From a virus (Duplodnaviria; Heunggongvirae; Uroviricota; Caudoviricetes), in IMG/VR virus record IMGVR_UViG_2737471862_000003, positions 1 through 44,719 of that record: a stretch of 44,719 nucleotides of DNA; one strand, written 5' to 3'. Within the stretch, counting starts at the first letter, position 1, and each line of letters begins with the position of its first letter. Below are positions 20,620 to 29,283 of this stretch, one piece after another. The notes under the pieces are model-generated. The model was not told where the DNA came from and made no database searches. It saw only the letters and a program-made list of their open reading frames with translations. The position numbers were made by a program, and so were the translations under genes.

Positions 20620-22539
20620 TTATCCTCCACTCAGAGCAGCCGCGATTTCTTCAATAGTCATTTCATCGTCGTCCTGTTCATCTCTTCTGGCGCGGGCCAG
20701 TGCATCCAGATCCAGTTGCCACCGCTGAACGGAAATGCGCAGCGCTGCATAGGCATACACCAGACAGTCCAGAGCTTCATTACGCCGTTTTCTGGCATCC
20801 CACTGGAGTTTCACCCGCCCGTTCACAACTTTTTCAACCAGCTCTTCTGCCACGAGTTGTTTAGCTTCAACATCAGAAAAAATGTCCGGGTTATCCGGAA
20901 AACGGAAGGTATACGGTGCGACTTCACTGGCAGATACCACCGGCAGGGCAAAACGCGCATACAGCATTTCCTTGACGGTATCGGAACCCACCTCACACAA
21001 AAACACCCCACGCTGGTTTCGCTTTTTTGGCATGGTGATCACCGGCTTGCCGTACACCGACGCCCCTTTGATGGGGAGCACAAAAAAAGTGCCGTGTTTT
21101 CTGGATCGCTGATACACAATGTCCTGGTCAATACCACCGGTATCCCAGCAGACGCGGGAAATAGAAATTTCAGTGCCATCTGCATGACGGTATTTTTTCC
21201 GGATCACGGCATCAACGCGTTTAAGGGTGTCCTCATCTTCCGGTCTCCCCATGATGATCTGCTTGTCAATCAGAAAAGCTTCTTCGCCAGGAGCCCAGCC
21301 CCAGACATAAATCTCATAACGGTTTTTCTGAGAGTCAATCCCTGCGGTCAGGTAAACCACCCGCAGGGGAACCTGCGCATCATAGTGGCAGACTTTTTCC
21401 AGCAACAACTCAAAGCTCAGTTTTTCTGCCACAGCCTCTTCATAAGGCTCCCCCAGCGTGGTGTTAATGAACGTCTTGACGCCATTCGGATCCTTCAGTG
21501 CATCAAGCCAGTCATAAACAATCTGTACCCAGGTGGTGAACGGGCTGTATGCCGTCCAGATGTGGTACGAGATTGAGCGCGGTGGCGGGATTTCCTCATC
21601 ACCGGCGCTGTAAAATGTCAGACCGTCACGCGTCCACATCCCGGTATTGTCACAAATCCACCGCCCGTCGGTCTGGTCAAGTTCCGACTGACGGATCACG
21701 CAGCCATTATGTTCACACAGGTAATACACCGTCTCCGGCTTGCCCTTCTCCCATTTCAGGCCAAAGGTTGTCGCATCATCGCCAAACTTCAGATACTGGG
21801 CTTCACCACAATGAGGGCATGGCACATAAAACCGCATAAAATGTGCAGATTCGTTCGCGGCTTTTTCAATCTGGCAAAAACCTTTAATTTTGGGCGTTGA
21901 GCCGCGTATGGATTTAGGCCATACCGAACCTTCGATACGCTTATCGCCAAGCAGAGTTGGTGAACCTTCTTTTTCCACATCCGGTTCAAACGAGGAGAGT
22001 TCGTCATAGCAGACCACATCCACAGATTTTTCACGGTAGTTTTTGGCAGCAGCTCCGCCCAGACACCAGAATCCCACACCGGAGGAGAAACGTTTCAGGG
22101 TAAGCGTGTTGTCCCGATGTTTTCTGCCAAACCACGGAGCCAGCTCCAGTAATACAGGAACGTCTCTTATCGTTGGTTCGACATGGGATTTCATAAAATC
22201 TTCTGCCGCAGAATCTGTCGGCTGAAAAAGCAGGCTGTTACGGGATTTGTGTTCAATAAAATAAGCCTCCACCCCCAACAGCATTTTGGTGTAACCAACA
22301 CGCGCCGATTTAATCAGATTAACGGTGCGGATCCGGTCATTCCCCATGCTGTTCATGATGGCAACCTGAAACGGCAGTGTTTCCCATTGCCCGGGAGTAT
22401 ATGAAGACTCTTTTGGCAGATAATAATGCTGATCAGCCCACTGAACTGTCGTCAGTGGTACCGGAATATTGAGAGATACAAGCCCTGTTGCTATCGCACC
22501 GGCTGCATTAGCTGCCTTCTGTGCGTCTGAAATCATCAA
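20620..22539 (-). CDS. A: terminase large subunit A
   Basis: 639 aa with lambda gpA-like sequence throughout ([12 protein letters not shown]...HVEPTIRD...DELSSFEPD...[11 protein letters not shown]). Confidence 0.95.
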   Translation of the reverse strand: MMISDAQKAANAAGAIATGLVSLNIPVPLTTVQWADQHYYLPKESSYTPGQWETLPFQVAIMNSMGNDRIRTVNLIKSARVGYTKMLLGVEAYFIEHKSRNSLLFQPTDSAAEDFMKSHVEPTIRDVPVLLELAPWFGRKHRDNTLTLKRFSSGVGFWCLGGAAAKNYREKSVDVVCYDELSSFEPDVEKEGSPTLLGDKRIEGSVWPKSIRGSTPKIKGFCQIEKAANESAHFMRFYVPCPHCGEAQYLKFGDDATTFGLKWEKGKPETVYYLCEHNGCVIRQSELDQTDGRWICDNTGMWTRDGLTFYSAGDEEIPPPRSISYHIWTAYSPFTTWVQIVYDWLDALKDPNGVKTFINTTLGEPYEEAVAEKLSFELLLEKVCHYDAQVPLRVVYLTAGIDSQKNRYEIYVWGWAPGEEAFLIDKQIIMGRPEDEDTLKRVDAVIRKKYRHADGTEISISRVCWDTGGIDQDIVYQRSRKHGTFFVLPIKGASVYGKPVITMPKKRNQRGVFLCEVGSDTVKEMLYARFALPVVSASEVAPYTFRFPDNPDIFSDVEAKQLVAEELVEKVVNGRVKLQWDARKRRNEALDCLVYAYAALRISVQRWQLDLDALARARRDEQDDDEMTIEEIAAALSGG

Positions 22540-23056
22540 TCCACCCGCCTACGTTCTCACCAGCTTTAGCTGCAACGTTGGAGGCTTTTGCGATTTCAGT
22601 TTTCACCACATCAAGGTGTGACGGTGAAATATCCGGATATTTACGCTGTAATGTCAGCGGCACACGTACAAGTATCCCCGAAATCTCCTGTGCCACACGT
22701 TGCAGAATGAAGGTAAACAATTCCGTTTCCAGTACCAGCCCTTCTTCGCGGGCATTTTTCAGTTCCTGTGCATCAGCCTGTGCTTTTGTGAGTCGGTAGC
22801 GCTCATAGTCAATGGTGCCGGGTTGTAAATCTGATTCCGCAGCCGCACGCAAATCCTCGGTCTCTTTGCGGAGTTTTTCGTTTTCAATATCGGCTTCGCG
22901 CTGCGCATACCACTGAATTGCCATGGCGGTATCAAATACAGATTCAACCCCCTTACTACCACCAGAGACACAAGAGAGCCCTTGAGACTGCCAGCGTTCA
23001 ATCGTTCGTGGATCCACGTTGAAAATTTCCGCGAGCTTCTTTTTATTAACCTTCAT
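22508..23056 (-). CDS. nu1: terminase small subunit Nu1
   Basis: Translation from the internal ATG ([27 protein letters not shown]...) is lambda Nu1-like, with a winged-helix N-terminus. Overlaps the A start. Confidence 0.9.
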   Translation of the reverse strand: MKVNKKKLAEIFNVDPRTIERWQSQGLSCVSGGSKGVESVFDTAMAIQWYAQREADIENEKLRKETEDLRAAAESDLQPGTIDYERYRLTKAQADAQELKNAREEGLVLETELFTFILQRVAQEISGILVRVPLTLQRKYPDISPSHLDVVKTEIAKASNVAAKAGENVGGWIDDFRRTEGS

Positions 23057-23260
23057 AAAACATTTCCATATCAAATGCAGGGTCCGACATGGAAGTGCTC
23101 AAAAACGTCTTTTTCGGGCACTTTCATGTCGGACCTTTTACGGATGTGATTGATGAAAAAACAATGAGTTATACACGAGAAGTACCGACACGCTTTTTCC
23201 CGAAAAATTTTCATAAATAGCGAAAATCCGCGCCGCTGCCGCCCCGTGGCAGGCCACCCC
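23057..23260. other. cos site (cosB-cosN-cosQ region)
   Basis: The minus strand reads ACGGGGCGGCAGCGGCGCGGATTTTCGCTATTTATGAAAATTTTCGGG, closely resembling the lambda cos region (ACGGGGCGGCGACCTCGCGGGTTTTCGCTATTTATGAAAATTTTCCGG) immediately upstream of Nu1. The inferred cosN core is at about 23233-23244. Confidence 0.75.
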
Positions 23261-23781
23261 ACCGGAAGGACCCACACAAATGAGAGCATTTATCATTAAC
23301 ATTTACAGATAAGATGACGTACATCATTGAAACGCCATTCAGCCATATACAGGCAGCATTCGTAGTTGCACTCCGTAACTCTGCGACTAAGGTTAAAAAC
23401 ATGGCCCTCTTTTGCCACCGGCAAATCTTCAATGGATTTCCCCTGCCGGTTTTTTATTTTCGTCGATGTATAACATTGCATTTACATCAATAGCGGCTAT
23501 TGTCATTAGTATGTTGCATCAATGCATGGGTGGTATTGGCGGTCTTCGCCAGCCGGTTCTGTGTAGCTGCTCCCTGTGACCGGTTTTTTATTTCTCACAT
23601 TATCGCAGCCCCTCTGTGTGAAGGGCTGCTGTAATGCCTGCTGTTACTCAGTAACGACCGCGCCTTCCGGTAATTTCATACCGGCAAATACCGGACAGCC
23701 AGGTTATCAGGATCAGCCTTCAGGTTATTTTCTACAAACATAGTGTTCTCCTTTTGGGTACCCAGAGACATTCTGGGTCAT

Positions 23782-24006
23782 TCATGAAACAGGCAACAAC
23801 GTGGCTGTTACAATCTCCGCCATATTCGCGTTAAGATCACATTCAACAGAAATTTCTTCATCCGTGGCATCCACTTCATATGTCCGGGAATAACATTCCG
23901 TGCATTTACCACTGAAGATATCCTTAACCAGAACACGTCCACGCTGCAAAACCCTGAATGGAATCGTTCCGTTAAAGGGCTTTACGGTTACCAGTAATCT
24001 CTTCAT
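23782..24006 (-). CDS. hypothetical 74 aa protein immediately upstream of cos
   Basis: Internal ATG (MKRLLVTVKPFNGTIPFRVLQRG...) preceded by a strong GGAGG ribosome-binding site. No family recognised. Confidence 0.5.
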   Translation of the reverse strand: MKRLLVTVKPFNGTIPFRVLQRGRVLVKDIFSGKCTECYSRTYEVDATDEEISVECDLNANMAEIVTATLLPVS

Positions 24007-24168
24007 ATCCCCTCCGGATAAAAATGCCCCTTGCCGCCCGGGCAGTTGCTTGATTCGGCAAGATTTAGAATGAATAAGATAAAATTGGCACACGCAGCAG
24101 AATTTCATGCTTTCCGGACGCCGGCGCATCTTTCATTTTTCAGCAAAATATTCTGCTATTACAGGCGA

Positions 24169-24351
24169 TCAGTTCTGCATACACTGCCGAACACCATCAA
24201 TAAGCTGACAGACCTGAGACGCGGTATCGAAAAGCTGGCGCGCCTTATCCAGGCTGACGCATCCCACCAGGAAAAAAGGCACCAGTATCGCTACCAGTGC
24301 CCATTTCGCCGCTGTTCGCGGCGTTCTGTGTGTCCAGTGTTTTCGCTTCAT
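24169..24351 (-). CDS. small lipoprotein (60 aa; signal peptide with LVGC lipobox)
   Basis: MKRKHWTHRTPRTAAKWALVAILVPFFLVGC... The start lies 4 nt after the stop of the preceding small gene. Confidence 0.55.
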   Translation of the reverse strand: MKRKHWTHRTPRTAAKWALVAILVPFFLVGCVSLDKARQLFDTASQVCQLIDGVRQCMQN

Positions 24352-24355
24352 CTCA

Positions 24356-24490
24356 CTATCCACCAATCAATCCGGATAAGCTCAATACTCGCCAGGCGGT
24401 GGAAATGAAAATGGCAACCAACATTGCTGAAAATGAAAGACCAACAACCACACAGAGAATTCGCGCCAGTTTTATAATGCTATCTGACAT
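24356..24490 (-). CDS. small single-pass membrane peptide (44 aa)
   Basis: MSDSIIKLARILCVVVGLSFSAMLVAIFISTAWRV... with a G-rich ribosome-binding site. Tightly packed between two other small genes. Confidence 0.45.
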   Translation of the reverse strand: MSDSIIKLARILCVVVGLSFSAMLVAIFISTAWRVLSLSGLIGG

Positions 24491-24507
24491 ATTTACCCCT
24501 GCCCCAC

Positions 24508-24690
24508 TTACGATTTCACAGCAATGATCAATTTTGCCATCCCATACAGAATCGGAGACACAGCGATACCGACCGCCACCCACTTAATGGCAAAAGCCAC
24601 CGCTCTGCTGATGTCATCAGTTACAGGCGCTTTCAATTCAAGGCCGTTTTTCATAGTCAACCTCAACAGAATTCGTTTATACTTCTCCAT
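24508..24690 (-). CDS. small membrane protein (60 aa, C-terminal transmembrane segment)
   Basis: MEKYKRILLRLTMKNG...AIKWVAVGIAVSPILYGMAKLIIAV, with a GGGAG ribosome-binding site. First gene of a three-gene mini-operon. Confidence 0.5.
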   Translation of the reverse strand: MEKYKRILLRLTMKNGLELKAPVTDDISRAVAFAIKWVAVGIAVSPILYGMAKLIIAVKS

Positions 24691-24722
24691 GTTCTCCCTT
24701 GCTTACTCAAGGTCAGAAACAG

Positions 24723-24760
24723 AAAACCCCGAACTGTTCCCGCAGCCGGGGTTTTTGCTT
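24723..24760. terminator. bidirectional intrinsic terminator
   Basis: AAAACCCCG...CGGGGTTTTTGCTTTTT hairpin flanked by A-run and T-run, directly after the stop of the 93 aa gene. Coordinates approximate. Confidence 0.55.
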
Positions 24761-24761
24761 T

Positions 24762-25043
24762 TTATTTATCTGTATGGGCGCGACATCTTGCTATTTCATT
24801 CCGGGCTTCACTGTCGCCACGACAGATACAACGCGCCGTGTCACCGTTCAGTGTGATGATGTAGGCTTCATCCTCTTTTTCTACAGGAATGCACGGAATA
24901 TTCCCGTCCCGGCAATACTCAATCTTCGCTGCAAGATGAGTGTTACGCGGATAGAACTCCAGGCGGTACATATCCCCCAGGACATGCACTTCCTCAACAT
25001 GACGACCGTCTTCTGTTACCGTGATTTTCTTGAGTGCGTACAT
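24762..25043 (-). CDS. hypothetical 93 aa protein (Cys-containing, soluble)
   Basis: ATG start with a GGAGG ribosome-binding site and its own downstream terminator. No family recognised. Confidence 0.55.
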   Translation of the reverse strand: MYALKKITVTEDGRHVEEVHVLGDMYRLEFYPRNTHLAAKIEYCRDGNIPCIPVEKEDEAYIITLNGDTARCICRGDSEARNEIARCRAHTDK

Positions 25044-25074
25044 ACGTACCTCCGTTCTTTCGTTTTTGAGTAAT

Positions 25075-25098
25075 AAAAAAGGCCGCCGAAGCGACCTT
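25075..25098 (-). terminator. intrinsic terminator (UUCG tetraloop hairpin plus T-run)
   Basis: Minus strand reads GGTCGC-TTCG-GCGGCC followed by TTTTTT, downstream of the 68 aa gene. Coordinates approximate. Confidence 0.5.
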
Positions 25099-25122
25099 TG
25101 TCAGAATTATTCACACCTTATG

Positions 25123-25329
25123 TCAGGATGTATGGCAATCTCTGCAGCACCAGTAACATCCATTCACCCTCGTGTAACCCAGATTTTTTGCGGCCTTCAC
25201 TGCCGGCTCACATGAGCTAAACTCTCCAAGCTCTTTACGATTGTTTGCATCAGGAAGTCGAAAACATGTTTCTGTATGAACCTCATGATCGTTCTGATTA
25301 TCTGTAAGAGTGTGAACATAGTACTTCAT
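25123..25329 (-). CDS. hypothetical small Cys-rich protein (68 aa)
   Basis: Internal ATG with a GGAG ribosome-binding site. MKYYVHTLTDNQNDHEVHTETCF...GCYWCCRDCH suggests a possible metal-binding peptide. Confidence 0.5.
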   Translation of the reverse strand: MKYYVHTLTDNQNDHEVHTETCFRLPDANNRKELGEFSSCEPAVKAAKNLGYTRVNGCYWCCRDCHTS

Positions 25330-25418
25330 ACGTATTTCTCCTTTTGGTTGCGTACGCCCAGGAGAAATTAAACGCAAAATACACTTAACTCATTGATAAT
25401 GATCATTTTTAAATGCTA

Positions 25419-25964
25419 TCACACAGCCACGCGCTCTTTCATCCAGCCATAGACAAACGACTCATTGGCCTCGCGTTTCTCTGCCAGCTCCAGATAACGC
25501 TCGCCCTGCGTACAGTTCAGGGCTTTCACCAGTACCAGTTCACCATCCCTGCTGCGATTTTTCAGATATGCCCGTAACGCATTAAGAGTACGCGGCCCGA
25601 TGCGTCCATCAGCATCCATATCCGGATAGAGTTTCCCGCGCAGGTTGAAAACGTTCAGCCAGCGCTGAAGCATTCTGGACGCCACAGTTGGCCCCATGTT
25701 CACGCCCGTATCGCACAGTTCTGCGGCAATATCCGGCGACAGAGTTGCCACCTGGTCAAAACGTGGTCCGAACCAGTAATCCGCCTCGAGTATTTCCAGC
25801 GCCTGCCCGCGCGTCAGGTCACGCATATCGCCCTGATAACCGTGTGCACGGGCAACTTTTTCAGTGATGCCCCATTTAGTCGGACCACCTTTATCATCCG
25901 GGTGATTGACGTAACCGCCCTCTTTTCCCAGAATTTCGTCAAAAATTTCATCTTTCGACTTCAT
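25419..25964 (-). CDS. endolysin, glycoside hydrolase family 108-like N-terminal domain plus C-terminal peptidoglycan-binding domain
   Basis: The motif EGGYVNHPDDKGGPTKWGIT is characteristic of GH108-type muramidases. The gene sits directly downstream of two membrane-protein genes in the lysis position. Confidence 0.8.
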   Translation of the reverse strand: MKSKDEIFDEILGKEGGYVNHPDDKGGPTKWGITEKVARAHGYQGDMRDLTRGQALEILEADYWFGPRFDQVATLSPDIAAELCDTGVNMGPTVASRMLQRWLNVFNLRGKLYPDMDADGRIGPRTLNALRAYLKNRSRDGELVLVKALNCTQGERYLELAEKREANESFVYGWMKERVAV

Positions 25965-25965
25965 A

Positions 25966-26256
25966 TCAGCGCCTTCGTAATACAAGGATTTTTGATACGT
26001 TCCCGCGTGCTCGTATCACCAGCACGCAGAACACCAGGTTAATCAGGACGACCAGCCAGTTACCGGGTGGAAAGCGACCACACAGATAACAAAGCGGCGC
26101 AAAGGCATAAAGCAGCATCAGCAGCCAGGCCAGCCACGACATCAGCGGTTTATGTCTCGACTCACCACGACGATAAAAAAAGAGCGTCAGCACGATAACC
26201 GTGCTTAACACCACATTCAGTAATCCGGGAAGGTTACTTAACATTACCGCCTCCAC
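25966..26256 (-). CDS. hydrophobic membrane protein, holin/antiholin-like
   Basis: 96 aa, almost entirely hydrophobic with two or three predicted transmembrane segments. Overlaps the 3' end of the upstream holin-like gene and abuts the endolysin. Confidence 0.55.
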   Translation of the reverse strand: MEAVMLSNLPGLLNVVLSTVIVLTLFFYRRGESRHKPLMSWLAWLLMLLYAFAPLCYLCGRFPPGNWLVVLINLVFCVLVIRARGNVSKILVLRRR

Positions 26257-26623
26257 CCCGCAGACGGGAGAACAGCCCGGATACCAGCGATGCGATATCC
26301 TGCTGGTGGATGAATGAGAGAATCTTCACCGACACCACCGATACCAGTACCGCGCAAAGTGCGTCGAGAGATGTGCTGTGGAGATTCAGTTTTTCAACCA
26401 GGTAAGACGCCATCACATCCGCCCCCAGCACGCCAACAATGAACGACACCAGAAAATGCGCTGCCACACGCCAGACAGAAATCTTCTGTGGTATCGTGGC
26501 CACAAACAGCGCCCCTGCGAATGCACCAAACACAATCCCGAAATCCGTTCCGGTAAACAGCCCGAATACCGTCGCCCCGCCGAGCGCCGCAGCCGTGCCG
26601 GAACCGGACAAGGGTTCAGACAT
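26234..26623 (-). CDS. putative holin (multi-transmembrane, 129 aa)
   Basis: Gly/Ala-rich transmembrane segments and the first gene of the lysis cassette. Assignment is by position and composition only. Confidence 0.6.
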   Translation of the reverse strand: MSEPLSGSGTAAALGGATVFGLFTGTDFGIVFGAFAGALFVATIPQKISVWRVAAHFLVSFIVGVLGADVMASYLVEKLNLHSTSLDALCAVLVSVVSVKILSFIHQQDIASLVSGLFSRLRGGGGNVK

Positions 26624-26642
26624 ACGTTTTTCTCCTGTAAAT

Positions 26643-26664
26643 AAAAAAGGGCCTCTGTCGGCCC
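26643..26664 (-). terminator. intrinsic terminator downstream of the AraC-family gene
   Basis: GGGCC-N6-GGCCC hairpin followed by a T-run on the minus strand. Coordinates approximate. Confidence 0.55.
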
Positions 26665-26800
26665 GTAAAAAAACACCCCGTCAAAGGCACCCGCAGATAC
26701 CTTTTGTGTGGCGCTATCTGATGTGATGTGCGCCGGACGTGGCGCGGATATAAAAAAGGCCCGCCGCAGCGAGCCTGTTTTCAATGAGTGCAAAATTCAA

Positions 26801-27544
26801 TTATTCTTGAGTAACACTTAAACTCATCTCATTGAATGCAGCCATCCTGTAACCTGCCGGTGTAACACCAAAATAACTCCTGAATACGCTGATAAAATAA
26901 GATGTAAAATTATAGCCACACTGAGCAGCGATTCTGTTGATGGCGCAACGAGATTGAGTCAACAGCATTGCTGCCATTCTCATTCTCTCTGTAAGCAACA
27001 ACTCACTGAAACAGGTGCCTTCTTCTTTCAGTCTTTTTTTTAACAAACTTTCACTGATACATAACCGCGAAGACACATCTCTCAGAGTCCAGTTTGCTGC
27101 AATGTCCGTACGAAACAATGCACTAAGCCTGTCACTAATATTGCCAATACACGCGGTCAGAAACGACGAAAACATTTTCTCTGATGAGAAAAACGCCAGA
27201 CACGAAAAGGAAAGCATTTCCGCTAAATTGTCCGTATGAATCTTTTCCTCACAAAGATAATCAATCAGGATGCCCATCAATTCTGCCTTGGGAAAACTCA
27301 CGCAAAGATATCGTGGTATTTGCCGGACTAAAACTACATCCTGTTTTTCGTCTCCACACAACAGGTAACGGATAATTGTCGATTCACTGAGACTTATTCG
27401 CCGAAAACATTCCGAAAAGGGCAATAACGATCCAGCTCCCCCCCTGACAAGAAGTGCACTACCACTTTCCAGAGAGAGCTCTTTTCCTTCAAAGAGCACA
27501 ACAAACGGGGAATGAACAAAAACAACAGAACAAGCTTCATTCAT
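26801..27544 (-). CDS. AraC/XylS-family transcriptional regulator (AppY/GadX-like)
   Basis: The C-terminal double helix-turn-helix AraC signature (LRDVSSRLCISESLLKKRLKEEGT.F...IAAQCGYNFTSYFISVFRSYFGVTPAGY) is clear. Start placed at the internal ATG. The gene is AT-rich relative to its surroundings. Confidence 0.85.
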   Translation of the reverse strand: MNEACSVVFVHSPFVVLFEGKELSLESGSALLVRGGAGSLLPFSECFRRISLSESTIIRYLLCGDEKQDVVLVRQIPRYLCVSFPKAELMGILIDYLCEEKIHTDNLAEMLSFSCLAFFSSEKMFSSFLTACIGNISDRLSALFRTDIAANWTLRDVSSRLCISESLLKKRLKEEGTCFSELLLTERMRMAAMLLTQSRCAINRIAAQCGYNFTSYFISVFRSYFGVTPAGYRMAAFNEMSLSVTQE

Positions 27545-27666
27545 ATCAATTGCCCTGACATTACTGGTCACAAGATAAGTATATATCGATTTACAAAAAT
27601 ACAAGCCGAAAGACCAGTATTCGCAACCACCAGCGCGTTTAACGTCCTGTACCGTTTTTCAGGCAT

Positions 27667-27689
27667 AAAAAAACCCGCTCAGTGGCGGG
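27667..27689 (-). terminator. intrinsic terminator downstream of the ORF6N gene
   Basis: CCCGCC-ACTGA-GCGGG hairpin followed by TTTTTTT on the minus strand. Coordinates approximate. Confidence 0.55.
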
Positions 27690-27767
27690 TTTAAGCTGTT
27701 TGGCGTAGTAACCACTCTTAACAGGATATTCAACTTTTTACGATCGTAAAGCGTTCGGGGAAAATTT

Positions 27768-28256
27768 TTAAAACCGTTCCAGAGTGCATACCATCGCATC
27801 GGCGGGTAGTTTTTCCGTGAAGTCGACCTGACCGTGTTTATCGAAGTGGATCAGTAATGCGCATCCATCATTTTGGGTTGGGGTGTTTTGTGCTGCTGGT
27901 GGTTGTTTTTGGCTGAAATAACAGTCTTCCAGTTTTTCGAACACTTCCCACGCCTGATCGGTTTCCAGCATTTTGGCGTGACGGGCTGCTCCGCGTTCTG
28001 TCCAGAGGATGAGGTGCTTTGTACGCGGTGCAACTAAGTTACTTTGAGTAACCTTGTTCTTAAATTCCCGCAACTCAGCCCCTTCCAATTTGAAGTAGTG
28101 TTTCCCACAAACAAAACGCTCGGCATTGCGTGTATAGTTCACTTTGATGTTATTAGTTTCGGTGCCATAAAGTTGTGCCAAAAGCTCGGTAGTAATGACA
28201 GGGATTTGGTTATGGGTGATCGGGGAAAGAGTTTCAACTGAGATTTGAATAGCCAT
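27768..28256 (-). CDS. ORF6N/KilA-N-like phage regulatory (antirepressor-like) protein
   Basis: N-terminus (…IPVITTELLAQLYGTETNNIKVNYTRNAERFVCGKHYFKLEGAELREFK…) resembles the ORF6N DNA-binding domain. Family assignment is from memory. Confidence 0.55.
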   Translation of the reverse strand: MAIQISVETLSPITHNQIPVITTELLAQLYGTETNNIKVNYTRNAERFVCGKHYFKLEGAELREFKNKVTQSNLVAPRTKHLILWTERGAARHAKMLETDQAWEVFEKLEDCYFSQKQPPAAQNTPTQNDGCALLIHFDKHGQVDFTEKLPADAMVCTLERF

Positions 28257-28412
28257 AGGATGATCCTTTTTCTATGTGAATCATCACCACTGCTGACGCC
28301 AATCAGTATGGTGGTGAACTGTGCAGGGTTGGCGTAACCGGGAAAAAGGAACCGGCGCGGATCGCTCCGCCCCCACACAGCCCACCATTGAGATGTGACA
28401 GTGCAAACGACA

Positions 28413-28434
28413 ATAAAAAAGACGCTGGCGCGTC
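28413..28434 (-). terminator. tR'-like intrinsic terminator downstream of the late promoter
   Basis: GACGC-TGGC-GCGTC hairpin plus a T-run on the minus strand, about 60-70 nt downstream of the candidate late promoter. Coordinates approximate. Confidence 0.55.
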
Positions 28435-28495
28435 TGTTGTCGCCTTTTTCATCCGGGACGCCAATCCCGACGCCAGATTTTGCTGGCGCGTGAGG

Positions 28496-28525
28496 AATAT
28501 AGCCCCGGACAATGTGTCTGGTCAA
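28496..28525 (-). promoter_or_regulatory. candidate late promoter pR' (TTGACC-N18-TATATT) overlapping the Q stop
   Basis: The sigma70-like -35/-10 pair is read directly from the minus strand immediately 3' of Q. The position matches lambdoid pR'/qut. Confidence 0.45.
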
Positions 28526-28529
28526 GCTC

Positions 28530-28916
28530 CTACATGATTCGTTCTACGTATCTGTCCATCTCCAGTCGGATATCAAGCATCATCAACATGCCATCAATAA
28601 CCCCTTCCGCTTTCTGCAGGCGCTTGCCAATACAAGTATCCGAACACCCATGCTTTCGTGCCAACCCCATAAAAGTCATTCCACCTACGTAATAATCCAC
28701 CAACAAATCGTGCAAATCCTGATTTTTCTTGTTCAACCGGGCCATACAGCCACAAATTATCATTGCATCATCATCAGAACACTGAGGGCGTGATTTCACT
28801 TTCGGCGGGATTAATCCTTTAAAACCAGCAGCGATTGACGCCCATGACACATCTTCGTGATTGTTCGCAGCCCATGATCCCCACCGCTCCATAACCTGCT
28901 GAATATCACGCACCAT
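28530..28916 (-). CDS. late gene antiterminator Q (QuuD / phage 82 Q family)
   Basis: [35 protein letters not shown]...[16 protein letters not shown]... resembles the DLP12 QuuD-type Q antiterminator. Its start overlaps the RusA stop. Confidence 0.8.
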   Translation of the reverse strand: MVRDIQQVMERWGSWAANNHEDVSWASIAAGFKGLIPPKVKSRPQCSDDDAMIICGCMARLNKKNQDLHDLLVDYYVGGMTFMGLARKHGCSDTCIGKRLQKAEGVIDGMLMMLDIRLEMDRYVERIM

Positions 28917-29283
28917 CGTTATCACCTGTAATTTCGTAAATCTTCACGCCCAACCGCCCACCAGGAACAGGCAGTCCGCGCACAATATTGATTTCATCAA
29001 ACTGCTCGTCGTCTATAAGTAGTCCGGCATGCGTCAGCGCATCCAGTGGTGCTTTCAGAATATTGTCCAGGTCACGACGGCGCTTATCCGGCGGCTCTGC
29101 AATAATTTTTATTGCCAGCCTTCCGGACAGGTTTAATTTCAGTCGCTGCTGGCGAACAATAAGCGCCACATCACGGCGATAACGCTCACCGGCTTTTGAT
29201 ACAAAATATGTGCTGCCACGACGTCGCCAGTAGGTGTTCACCGTTGGCGGGTAAGGCAAAACAAATTCTATGCGTTCAGTCAT
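28906..29283 (-). CDS. rusA: RusA Holliday junction resolvase
   Basis: 125 aa with [13 protein letters not shown]...DLDN..K...DALT motifs typical of RusA. Adjacent to Q, as in DLP12. Confidence 0.85.
   Translation of the reverse strand: MTERIEFVLPYPPTVNTYWRRRGSTYFVSKAGERYRRDVALIVRQQRLKLNLSGRLAIKIIAEPPDKRRRDLDNILKAPLDALTHAGLLIDDEQFDEINIVRGLPVPGGRLGVKIYEITGDNDGA

Noticed and set aside
20602-21576. 324 aa plus-strand ORF antisense to terminase A
   Set aside because: Entirely antisense to a gene that is well supported as the lambda-like terminase large subunit. No start context and no recognisable motifs.
23071-23481. Small ORFs (61-73 aa) across the cos region
   Set aside because: They overlap the lambda-like cos DNA, which is expected to be non-coding. 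No ribosome-binding sites.
26643-28256. Shiga toxin or other toxin genes in the Q-to-holin slot
   Set aside because: The slot is occupied by an AraC-family regulator and an ORF6N-like protein. No A/B toxin-like ORFs and no tRNA genes were recognisable there.
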